Both the position numbers and the translations under genes were made by a program. DNA of 64,000 bases, taken from assembly GCA_016193315.1 (NCBI GenBank), contig JACPSJ010000001.1:791478-855477 (forward strand), in the 5' to 3' direction. Shown here in pieces: positions 57,083-64,000 of this stretch. This stretch comes from Candidatus Kerfeldbacteria bacterium (GTDB lineage: Bacteria > Patescibacteriota > Patescibacteriia > SBBC01 > CAIJZX01). Each line of letters starts with the position of its first letter. Position 1 is the stretch's first letter. The notes beneath the pieces are model-generated. The model worked only from the letters and a program-made list of their open reading frames with translations. It made no database searches and had not been told where the DNA came from.

Positions 57083-57322
57083 GCGCTTACAAGCTTGGAG
57101 TTCAGATGGGAGTGAAGTTGATGTCCGGGGTACCTTTTTCGAGGGCCGCCGGCGTCGCTACTCTACCACCTTCGGCGTCGAAAGTCAAACTCCATAATCC
57201 CGTTAGAAGCAGCCGAGAAAAATCAAAGACCAAAAGCTAATTCCCCGAATCCATCCGCTTCATCCACAATGCCACCACCCGGACCGATTCTACTGGGAAA
57301 CCTCTGACCACGGTCAACCTCT

Positions 57323-57673
57323 TCAAGCCATCGGGCCGAGCCGCCGGCCACCCAACAAATGAAGGTGGAGGTGATCGACCTCTTGACCACCGTGGCGACG
57401 GACATTAAATACCAGTCGGTAACCAGCCTCCGCTATCCCCTGCCCTTCGGCCAGTAGTTTCGCCCGCCAGAGCATCTGTCCGAGGAGACGCTGGTTGGCT
57501 TCGCTCATCGCGGCGATTGAGGTCACCACGTGGTCTTTCGGGATGATCAAGATGTGGGTTGGCGCTTTGGGGTGAATGTCCGGAAAAGCCAGCAACTCGT
57601 CGTCCTCATAGATTTTCGTCATCGGCAGCTGGCCGCTAGCCAAGCGGCAAAAAATGCAGTCTTGGTTACGCAT
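57323..57673 (-). CDS. HIT-family (histidine triad) nucleotide hydrolase
   Basis: The track ORF (57323..57850) has an Arg/Trp-rich leader. The true start MRNQDCIFC is at 57673, an 8-nt overlap with the hisS stop. Histidine triad HLHLHLLGG. Confidence 0.75.
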   Translation of the reverse strand: MRNQDCIFCRLASGQLPMTKIYEDDELLAFPDIHPKAPTHILIIPKDHVVTSIAAMSEANQRLLGQMLWRAKLLAEGQGIAEAGYRLVFNVRRHGGQEVDHLHLHLLGGRRLGPMA

Positions 57674-59054
57674 CGTCGGCCGTTGATTCGTCCGTCGAGT
57701 CGGCGACCTGGCGGGGGTCAAACCGTTCCGGTTTGACCAGCCCCGGCATGGGCTTGGTGCCGTTGGCCTTTGCTTTGGCCAGTCGCTTCTCCATCTCGAC
57801 CACCGCTTTCCCGTAGGCCACCACCTCTTGCATGCCGTTTTCCATGTCACGAATGAGGACGGTGTCGTCCATCAATTCTTTCTGGCCAATAATGAGCGTG
57901 TAGTGCGCGCCGAGTTTGCCGGCCACTTCCAGTTGCTGTTTTAAGCCGTCCTTGGTCATGCTTTCCGCCACCCGCAGGCCGGCTCGCCGCAAGTCCTCAA
58001 ACAACCGTAACATTTTCTTCCGCGCTGGTTCACCGAGCTGCGCCACGTACAGTTGGGGTGGTTCCGCTCGCGGCGGTTGAATCTGTCGCTCTTTCAGTTT
58101 CAGCAGCAGGCGATCGACGCCGCCGGCGAACCCGACGGCCGGGGTTGGTCGGCCACCGAGCTCTTCGACCAAGGTGTCATATCGACCGCCGCCGCCGAGG
58201 CTGGCCTGTCCGCTTTCATCATCAGTCGGCCAGAATTCCCACACCGTTCGACGATAGTAGTCGAGGCCGCGAACGAGACGGGGGTTCAAGACAAACGGAA
58301 TGTCGAGCTCATCGAGGTACTCAACCACCGCGGCGAAGTGCTGCTTAGAAGGTTCGTCGAGGTAGTCAAGGATTTGCGGCGCGCCGTCGAGCAGGGTGTG
58401 GAGGTGCGGATCGTGACTGTCTAGCAAACGGAGCGGGTTACGCTGCAGCTGTAGGCGCTGGTCCTCAGATAATTCTGATTTCCGCGTTTTGAACCAGGCT
58501 TGGAACGCTTTAATATACTGCTCGCGCACCGTCGGATCGCCGAGGCTGTTGAGCTGGAGTGACGTCTCCAAACCAAGGGTGCTGAAGAGGGCGCGGGCCA
58601 TCAGGATGAGCTGGCACTCCATTACCGGTTGTGGCGCCCCAAAGACTTCGAACCCGAACTGCCAAAACTGCCGGTACCGGCCGGACTGTGGCCGATCGTG
58701 GCGGAAGAAAGGACCAAAGTACCACAGCTTGACCGGCTGCGGCTGGTTGAGCATGCCGTGTTCGATGTAAGCCCGAACCACACCAGTCGTCCCCTCTGGC
58801 CGGAGGGCGACGCTTTCACCGTTCTTGTCGGGAAAACTGTACATTTCCTTCTGCACAATGTCCGTGGTCTCGCCGACCGACCGCGTAAAGAGGCTGGTCG
58901 ACTCGAGAATTGGCGTTTCAATTCGTTCGAAACTAAAATCGGTGGCCAAGCGCCGCAGCGTATCAAACAACCACCACCAATACGGCTGATCGAGTGGCAG
59001 GATATCTTTCATCCCGCGCAGGAGCTGAGGCGGAGCAGTTGGATCTTTCGACAT
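57666..59054 (-). CDS. hisS: Histidine--tRNA ligase
   Basis: Class II aaRS motifs (..FRHDRPQSGRYRQFWQ.., GGGRYD) and a C-terminal anticodon-binding domain; 462 aa. Confidence 0.9.
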   Translation of the reverse strand: MSKDPTAPPQLLRGMKDILPLDQPYWWWLFDTLRRLATDFSFERIETPILESTSLFTRSVGETTDIVQKEMYSFPDKNGESVALRPEGTTGVVRAYIEHGMLNQPQPVKLWYFGPFFRHDRPQSGRYRQFWQFGFEVFGAPQPVMECQLILMARALFSTLGLETSLQLNSLGDPTVREQYIKAFQAWFKTRKSELSEDQRLQLQRNPLRLLDSHDPHLHTLLDGAPQILDYLDEPSKQHFAAVVEYLDELDIPFVLNPRLVRGLDYYRRTVWEFWPTDDESGQASLGGGGRYDTLVEELGGRPTPAVGFAGGVDRLLLKLKERQIQPPRAEPPQLYVAQLGEPARKKMLRLFEDLRRAGLRVAESMTKDGLKQQLEVAGKLGAHYTLIIGQKELMDDTVLIRDMENGMQEVVAYGKAVVEMEKRLAKAKANGTKPMPGLVKPERFDPRQVADSTDESTADDA

Positions 59055-59066
59055 CGTGACCGATCC

Positions 59067-59789
59067 TTAAGTCGCCGCGGGCGACGGTAACGGATAGGTC
59101 GGCGTCTGGAACGTTTGGGCGCGATAGATCGGCCAGGCCCGGACGGCTGTTCGGCCGACGATGGCCCGTCGCTCAATCGGACCGAACGTCCGTGAGTCGA
59201 GGCTGGCGGTCCGATTGTCGCCGAGGACGTAATATTCTTCCACCCCCAAAGTCACCTCGGTGTGCCCGGGCGTGAACGACCCGGACGACAGGTAGGCGGA
59301 CTCATCGAGCGCCTGCCCGTCCGGATGGACCGCATCGAAAACCGTGATTCGCCCGTCGGCAATCAGCAGTCGGTCAGCCGGCAAGCCAATAATCCGCTTG
59401 ATGAAGAACTCATCTGGTTGAAACGGGTTGCGGATGACGACTACGTCCCCCCGACGTGGGTCATGGAGCCGGTACGACAGTTGATCGACGATCAGGTATT
59501 CGTTGTTCCGAAAGGTCGGTTCCATCGACGCCCCCTTGACATAGAACGGTTGCAGCAGAAAAGCATGGATGGGTTTGATGATCAGCAGGGCAATGATGAT
59601 AATCTTGGCCACCTCGATCACAAAGCCGCCGAATGAACGACTAAAGCTCGGCAGGAATTCTGATTTCTTGGTTGACTCGGCTAGTTTCTGAAGGTTGGTG
59701 CGGTAGCCGCGAAAGGCACGGGGGTCACCGAGCGGATTGTCCTGAGCGCCGTGCGTTTCTTGTTCTTCTTCTTTCTTCCGGATAGGCAT
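59067..59789 (-). CDS. lepB: Signal peptidase I (S26)
   Basis: Catalytic Ser box KGASMEPT and Lys box (VLGDNRTASLDSR). The track start (59843) overlaps the tRNA; the internal start MPIRKK at 59789 is preferred. Confidence 0.8.
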   Translation of the reverse strand: MPIRKKEEEQETHGAQDNPLGDPRAFRGYRTNLQKLAESTKKSEFLPSFSRSFGGFVIEVAKIIIIALLIIKPIHAFLLQPFYVKGASMEPTFRNNEYLIVDQLSYRLHDPRRGDVVVIRNPFQPDEFFIKRIIGLPADRLLIADGRITVFDAVHPDGQALDESAYLSSGSFTPGHTEVTLGVEEYYVLGDNRTASLDSRTFGPIERRAIVGRTAVRAWPIYRAQTFQTPTYPLPSPAAT

Positions 59790-59831
59790 GCGGATGGAAA
59801 CTTCTAGCCATGGTGTCGTTGATCTGCCCGC

Positions 59832-59908
59832 TGGTGGTCGCACCTGGACTCGGACCAGGGACCTTACGGATGTGAACCGTACGCTCTAACCAACTGAGCT
59901 ATGCGACC
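59832..59908 (-). tRNA. tRNA-Val (anticodon CAC), CCA encoded
   Basis: Manual fold of the minus strand: GGTCGCA-TA-GCTC-AGTTGGTTA-GAGC-G-TACGG-TTCACAT-CCGTA-AGGTC-CCTGG-TCCGAGT-CCAGG-TGCGACC-A-CCA. All four stems are perfect Watson-Crick, with U8, U33, A37 and GG in the D-loop. Confidence 0.8.
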
Positions 59909-60821
59909 GCCGACAGGCGGGTATGCCCAGTGGCGGCGGACTGCTGACCGAACTTATCTGACTGCCCGCCACGCTCCGGTGGCAGCGACGATGGTGAGAA
60001 TAGACAGATCTAGAACTCATTTCAAAACCTGCTTTCAGGGCGAAATGGCAGATTTCGCGGGCGCGGCGCCGCGGCGGAGGGTGAAATGTATTGGAGATAC
60101 ATTGAACCCGAGCCGCCAGCCGGAGCCCGAAATCGGGCCTGGCAGCCGAACGCAGGTCTTCCCACATGATCGGCCAGGAGAACTTCGATTGCCCATGTTG
60201 ACGATCGCGGAACATGAGCGGAACTTCAACCATCCTGGCTAGCAACCGCTTCGCCTGCCACTTCATCTCGATCAGGCAGGCGTACCCGACTGTCTGCGCC
60301 GGTTGCGCCAATACCTGACGAAGTATCCCCGCCCGCCAAGCGCAGTAACCAGAGCTCCAGTCGTGGAGCTCTGGTCCGAGCAGCCGACGGAGGTACCAAT
60401 TGCCGACCAGGCTGATGACTTGCCGGTACCAAGGGATGCGGATGGCTCCGCCGGGCACGTAGCGCGAGGCTACCACCAGCTCGGTCGTGCCGAGCTGGTT
60501 GATCATCGCCGGGATCAATTCCGGATCATGCGATTGGTCAGCATCGAGATGGATGATCTTCGTCGCCCCACGGTCTAGGGCCAGCGACAGGCCCTGACGG
60601 TAGGCCGGACCAAGCCCTGTTTTCTCGGGTCGGTGGAGAACCGCCAGTCGCGGCCAGCGCGACCGTAGCGTCTCAGCCAGTTGTCCGGTGCCGTCGGGTG
60701 AATGATCGTCGACCACGAGCACAAAAAGATCGGGGTGCTGAAAAAGTTTTGTCACCATCGGTTCGAGATTTGGCCGCTCGTTGTACGTCGGCAGAACTAC
60801 CCAGGTCGGCATTGGTCTCAA
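59886..60821 (-). CDS. Family 2 glycosyltransferase, polyprenol-phosphate sugar transferase type (DPM1/GtrB-like)
   Basis: VVLPTYNERPNL, VVDDHSPDGT and DADQSHDPE motifs. The last ~70 aa are Arg/Ser-rich, and the 3' end overlaps tRNA-Val by 23 nt, so the true C-terminus may be earlier (a frameshift or an annotation artefact). Confidence 0.7.
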   Translation of the reverse strand: MRPMPTWVVLPTYNERPNLEPMVTKLFQHPDLFVLVVDDHSPDGTGQLAETLRSRWPRLAVLHRPEKTGLGPAYRQGLSLALDRGATKIIHLDADQSHDPELIPAMINQLGTTELVVASRYVPGGAIRIPWYRQVISLVGNWYLRRLLGPELHDWSSGYCAWRAGILRQVLAQPAQTVGYACLIEMKWQAKRLLARMVEVPLMFRDRQHGQSKFSWPIMWEDLRSAARPDFGLRLAARVQCISNTFHPPPRRRAREICHFALKAGFEMSSRSVYSHHRRCHRSVAGSQISSVSSPPPLGIPACRRSHSSVG

Positions 60822-60863
60822 CTCAGACTAACCTCAGGATCGGGGACTCAGTGCAGGATTTGA

Positions 60864-62264
60864 TCAGGAAGCGAGCGGCGGCGGGCTAGGCGCGGTCGGT
60901 GGCGGGCTGAACGGGCCGGTGGCCGCGTCGTGGCCGAGATTCTGATGAATCAGCTTTTCGGCCCGGCGAATTTCTTCCATTTCTCGTTGCAAGGCGGCGG
61001 CCTTCTTCCGCGCGTCCCGTTCCAGCGTCTCCAAGTCGCGGCGGAAGGTGGTTCGAATCCGCACCCGTCGCAAGACCCAGTAGCCGGTACTCGCCGCCAC
61101 CAGAACGCCCAGCCCGATAATCATGGCGTTGGCAACGGCAGGATTATTGAGTAAGGGGATCCGCGCCAGGAACGGTAAGGCGCCGGCGACGACCCGTAAT
61201 GTGACTGCCCCCTCAGTGGCATTACCGGCGCGGTCAACGGCTCGGACAATGAACGTGTATTTGCCGGCTGGATGCGGCTGAATGGTGTAGGGGCTGATGG
61301 CCTCGACGAACAGTGTGTCCCCGCCCCGACCATCGCCTGGTACCTCCTTGACTTCGTAATGATCCAGCCCGGAGGCGGCGTCACTGGTCAGGAAGCTGAG
61401 GAGAACCGTGTCTTCCTTGGTCGCCACCTCGTGATCGAGATGGGGAGAAAATTCGGCCGGCGGGCTAGTATCGATCCGGACGGTGTAGGTCGTCACCCCG
61501 CCCCAGATTTCGGCCTCGGCCCGGAGATGGAAGTACCAAATGCCGTCGGACTTCGTCTTGACCGTCGTCGCCGTGGAGGTGGTATCGACTTCTTCATCAG
61601 GTATGCCTTTCGGGTTTTGGTCGAAAGAAAAACTGTAACCGGTGATGCCGGACAGACCTTCCCAGGTGAACTGAATGCTTGGGTTATTGTACCACTGGTT
61701 GCTGTCCGGGTGGGATGGGCTGTTGACCACCGGGCCGGCTGGCGGCGGGTTCTTGAGGGTGTATTCGGCGCTGCTGGTGGCGGTCAGAATATTAGTCCCC
61801 TCGGCGTCATTGCGCAGCACCTGCGACGTCGGGGCGTACTTGATAATGGCCTTGCCAGCCGACTTGACACGGAAGGTAACGGTGCTGACAACGCCGGCGT
61901 TGGTTCGGATGCCGGGGTTCGGCAGGCCGCCTTGAAAACTGATGGTGCCGTCAGTGTTTGAGTAGGTCGGTGAGGTTACCCAGACGGTCACAAAGGAGGT
62001 GCTGGCCACCGGATTAACCACCTGGAGCTTGTCCGGCGGGAACAAAACGTCGGCGCTGATGGCGTTGACCGCATCACCGCCGGTATCGAGCACGAACGAC
62101 ACGTCGACCAGACTGCCGACTTCAAAGATACCAGAGCTGGGGGAGACTTTCAGGCTGGCCGCCGACTCTTGCGCCCACAAACGTACTGGCACCAGCCACC
62201 AGGCCAGGCCGAACACGGAGATGAACGAAATGGTGGCCCATGATCTTCTATCCATTGCCGTCAC
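60864..62264 (-). CDS. Membrane-anchored surface protein with an N-terminal cohesin-like domain, Ig/FN3-like domains, a C-terminal TM helix and a charged cytoplasmic tail
   Basis: Signal peptide; SLKVSPSSGIFEVGSLVDVSFVLDTGGDAVNAISADVLFPPDKLQVVN fits the cohesin beta-sandwich pattern; C-terminal TM AMIIGLGVLVAASTGYWVL then RRVRIRTTFRRDLE... The cohesin call is moderate. Confidence 0.5.
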   Translation of the reverse strand: MTAMDRRSWATISFISVFGLAWWLVPVRLWAQESAASLKVSPSSGIFEVGSLVDVSFVLDTGGDAVNAISADVLFPPDKLQVVNPVASTSFVTVWVTSPTYSNTDGTISFQGGLPNPGIRTNAGVVSTVTFRVKSAGKAIIKYAPTSQVLRNDAEGTNILTATSSAEYTLKNPPPAGPVVNSPSHPDSNQWYNNPSIQFTWEGLSGITGYSFSFDQNPKGIPDEEVDTTSTATTVKTKSDGIWYFHLRAEAEIWGGVTTYTVRIDTSPPAEFSPHLDHEVATKEDTVLLSFLTSDAASGLDHYEVKEVPGDGRGGDTLFVEAISPYTIQPHPAGKYTFIVRAVDRAGNATEGAVTLRVVAGALPFLARIPLLNNPAVANAMIIGLGVLVAASTGYWVLRRVRIRTTFRRDLETLERDARKKAAALQREMEEIRRAEKLIHQNLGHDAATGPFSPPPTAPSPPPLAS

Positions 62265-62300
62265 GGTACGAACGACTGTCAGTATACCAGGATTCCGTTC

Positions 62301-63527
62301 CTATGGCGACGAGCGCCGTGCGACGCGGACGATGAACCACCCGGCCGCGGCCATGATCGCGGCCAGTCCAGTTATCCAGATGGCTACCGAAAAAAATGCC
62401 GGGCCGCGCCGGGGCGGTAACCAGCTGGCCACCCGCATATTGCCCGCGCCGTCGACGGCGGTGATGGTAATCGTCTGGTCTTGCCACTCGGGTCGGATTC
62501 GGAGCGGACTCGCCACACGACCGGCCGGCTGACGGTTGACGGTCAGGAGCTGCGCCTCAACTCCGGACATTGCATCGGACACCTGCCAGGCCAGCACGGC
62601 CTGCTGGCCGACGGTGTCCGGATCGAGCAGCCGGAGACTGAAGGCTGTCGGTGGCGTACTGTCGAGGAGAAATCGACGCTGGGTTAAGTCAGTCCACAAC
62701 CCCCCGCTGGTGCGGCGCTTGATGGAAAAGTAGTAGACCCCATCCGCCAGGGCCGGGTACGATCGTTGCCCGATTTGAGATTCGGGGACGTCATCTGGGA
62801 CACCAGTCATATCGGAATCGAAGACATAACTGTACTCGGTTTCGGCGGCCACGGCCCAGTGCACTTCCACTGCCTGTCCGGTCGACCAGGTCCGTGGATC
62901 AGGATGAGTGGTCGACTCGAGCGGAATGCCGGTCACGAAATCACTGGCCAGGTCAAGTTCGAGCGGCGCCGAGCCGACGCTCAGTGGGCTGGCCGCTTCA
63001 TCGTGCCGATAGACTCGAGATCGGTCCAGGTCGAGCATGAAAACTACGTGGCCGCTCTGCCGCGCGCGAAAATACAGCGTCGCCACGGTCGCGTCGACGG
63101 CATAGATTCCCCCCGGACGACCGGCCACCAGCGTCATGGTGCCGACCGGATTGGTCCACTGCGGTTCCTCCGGCCAGAGGGTGAAGATTGATTGCTCGCG
63201 CCCCACCCGCAGGACTTCCAGGCTGTCGGCTGGGTAGGCGATGAACAGGTCGGCGGCATTAACACTCTGCCCTTGGCTGTTGAGACGAACTTCAACGGTG
63301 AACACCTGTCCGAGTTTGACCAGGCCGCGCGGACCGACGAGCTGGATCTCCGGCCGCGGCGCTTGGGCCGCGACTAACGGTGGCCAGAGGCCGATGACCA
63401 AGCCGGCCCCCACCACGAATGAGGAATATCGAGATATTTTACGGCCGCGGCGAAGCCCGGCAGCCCGAAATTCCGAGCCGCCGCGCCGGAATGGATTTTT
63501 AGGATGGGTTCTAATCAGTCGGTCCAT
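62301..63527 (-). CDS. Paralogous membrane-anchored surface protein with a cohesin-like domain
   Basis: EIQLVGPRGLVKLGQVFTVEVRLNSQGQSVNAADLFIAYPADSLEVLRV parallels the N-domain of 60864..62264; same architecture with a C-terminal TM (FFSVAIWITGLAAIMAAAGWFIV). Confidence 0.5.
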   Translation of the reverse strand: MDRLIRTHPKNPFRRGGSEFRAAGLRRGRKISRYSSFVVGAGLVIGLWPPLVAAQAPRPEIQLVGPRGLVKLGQVFTVEVRLNSQGQSVNAADLFIAYPADSLEVLRVGREQSIFTLWPEEPQWTNPVGTMTLVAGRPGGIYAVDATVATLYFRARQSGHVVFMLDLDRSRVYRHDEAASPLSVGSAPLELDLASDFVTGIPLESTTHPDPRTWSTGQAVEVHWAVAAETEYSYVFDSDMTGVPDDVPESQIGQRSYPALADGVYYFSIKRRTSGGLWTDLTQRRFLLDSTPPTAFSLRLLDPDTVGQQAVLAWQVSDAMSGVEAQLLTVNRQPAGRVASPLRIRPEWQDQTITITAVDGAGNMRVASWLPPRRGPAFFSVAIWITGLAAIMAAAGWFIVRVARRSSP

Positions 63528-64000
63528 TGGAAAAGCATAATGCTGAAATCAACAATCGCCACTCGACCATCCTGGTTAATGTCCGCTCGCGGATTCTCTG
63601 GGCTGGTGTCTTGCCAGAAGTACAGCAGGATGCTGAAGTCAGTGAGATCTACTCGTCCATCTCGGTTCAGGTCTGACGCGGCCAACTCGGCCGGTCGTCC
63701 ACCCGGGCTGACCGTCAGCGTGGCGGTCCGACTTGGTTTGGACTGACCGCCATCGGGGGCGACGGCCACCGCTACGAACGTGTGGCTGCCGACACCGAGG
63801 CTGGCGGTGTTGAGGGACATGGTCCAGTGCCCAAGATCGTTCGCCGCGGCCGTGAATTTCCTGGCCCCAGGGGCGGCGGTCACGGTTATCAGGCTGCGCG
63901 GTACGGTCCGGCCATTAACCGTGACCAACGCGCCGAGCCGCTTGGCCCCCTGATCCAGACTGATGGTCGGACCGAGGAATATTCCCGACACGAGGGTGGT
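63515..64000 (-). CDS. Dockerin-domain protein (C-terminal part; N-terminus beyond the window end)
   Basis: Two canonical type-I dockerin Ca-binding repeats at the C-terminus: DLNRDGRVDLTDFSILLYFW and DINQDGRVAIVDFSIMLFQW. The ORF continues past position 64000. Confidence 0.65.
   Translation of the reverse strand, partial: TTLVSGIFLGPTISLDQGAKRLGALVTVNGRTVPRSLITVTAAPGARKFTAAANDLGHWTMSLNTASLGVGSHTFVAVAVAPDGGQSKPSRTATLTVSPGGRPAELAASDLNRDGRVDLTDFSILLYFWQDTSPENPRADINQDGRVAIVDFSIMLFQWTD

Noticed and set aside
1-64000. CRISPR arrays, rRNA genes, transposases/integrases, prophage signatures
   Set aside because: None found. The only repeats are the ldt 3'-end duplicate, the coding NA/NG hexanucleotide repeat, and the two TGAACAC palindromes.

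Overview
High-GC (roughly 60%) bacterial chromosomal segment, densely packed, with most genes on the minus strand and many 4-8 nt start/stop overlaps. The six-frame track is heavily inflated by antisense and out-of-frame ORFs, as expected at this GC, and it also accepts GTG/TTG starts, so several true starts lie inside the listed ORFs. Content, by position: (1) a complete type IV pilus/competence-pilus locus at 1-15.1 kb. It holds pilM-pilN fusion, pilO, pilB, pilC, four proteins with canonical prepilin N-termini plus a PilX-like minor pilin. A 2,100-aa LamG-repeat surface protein sits in the slot that PilY1 occupies in the fimU-pilVWXY1E operon of Pseudomonas aeruginosa. (2) A CheY-like receiver and an overlapping two-gene membrane module of unknown function, then a comEC split into two overlapping ORFs. 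(3) glmS and prfB; prfB carries the programmed +1 frameshift site CTT TGA C, which also shows that TGA is a stop here. (4) Envelope genes: L,D-transpeptidase, HtrA, polysaccharide deacetylase and a metzincin. (5) A cobalamin module: a candidate cobalamin riboswitch in front of two DUF4430 (B12-binding family) genes and a small 6-TM membrane protein, plus cob(I)alamin adenosyltransferase and the nrdR-nrdJ (B12-dependent class II RNR) operon. (6) Three tandem paralogous DUF2079-like membrane proteins directly downstream of ftsA-ftsZ. (7) dgkA and ybeY, two membrane-anchored proteins with thrombospondin-type-3-like Asp-rich Ca-binding repeats, and a second giant (2,055-aa) surface protein whose N-terminus resembles a TrbC/VirB2-type T4SS pilin. 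(8) yqeY, rpsU, HIT, hisS, lepB, tRNA-Val(CAC), a GT2 glycosyltransferase, then two cohesin-like membrane proteins next to a dockerin-bearing protein. I saw no rRNA, CRISPR array, transposase or integrase. Two giant surface proteins, a pilus/competence apparatus, cobalamin salvage rather than synthesis, and a PilM-N fusion are consistent with a monoderm or CPR/Patescibacteria-like episymbiotic lifestyle. That is an inference only.
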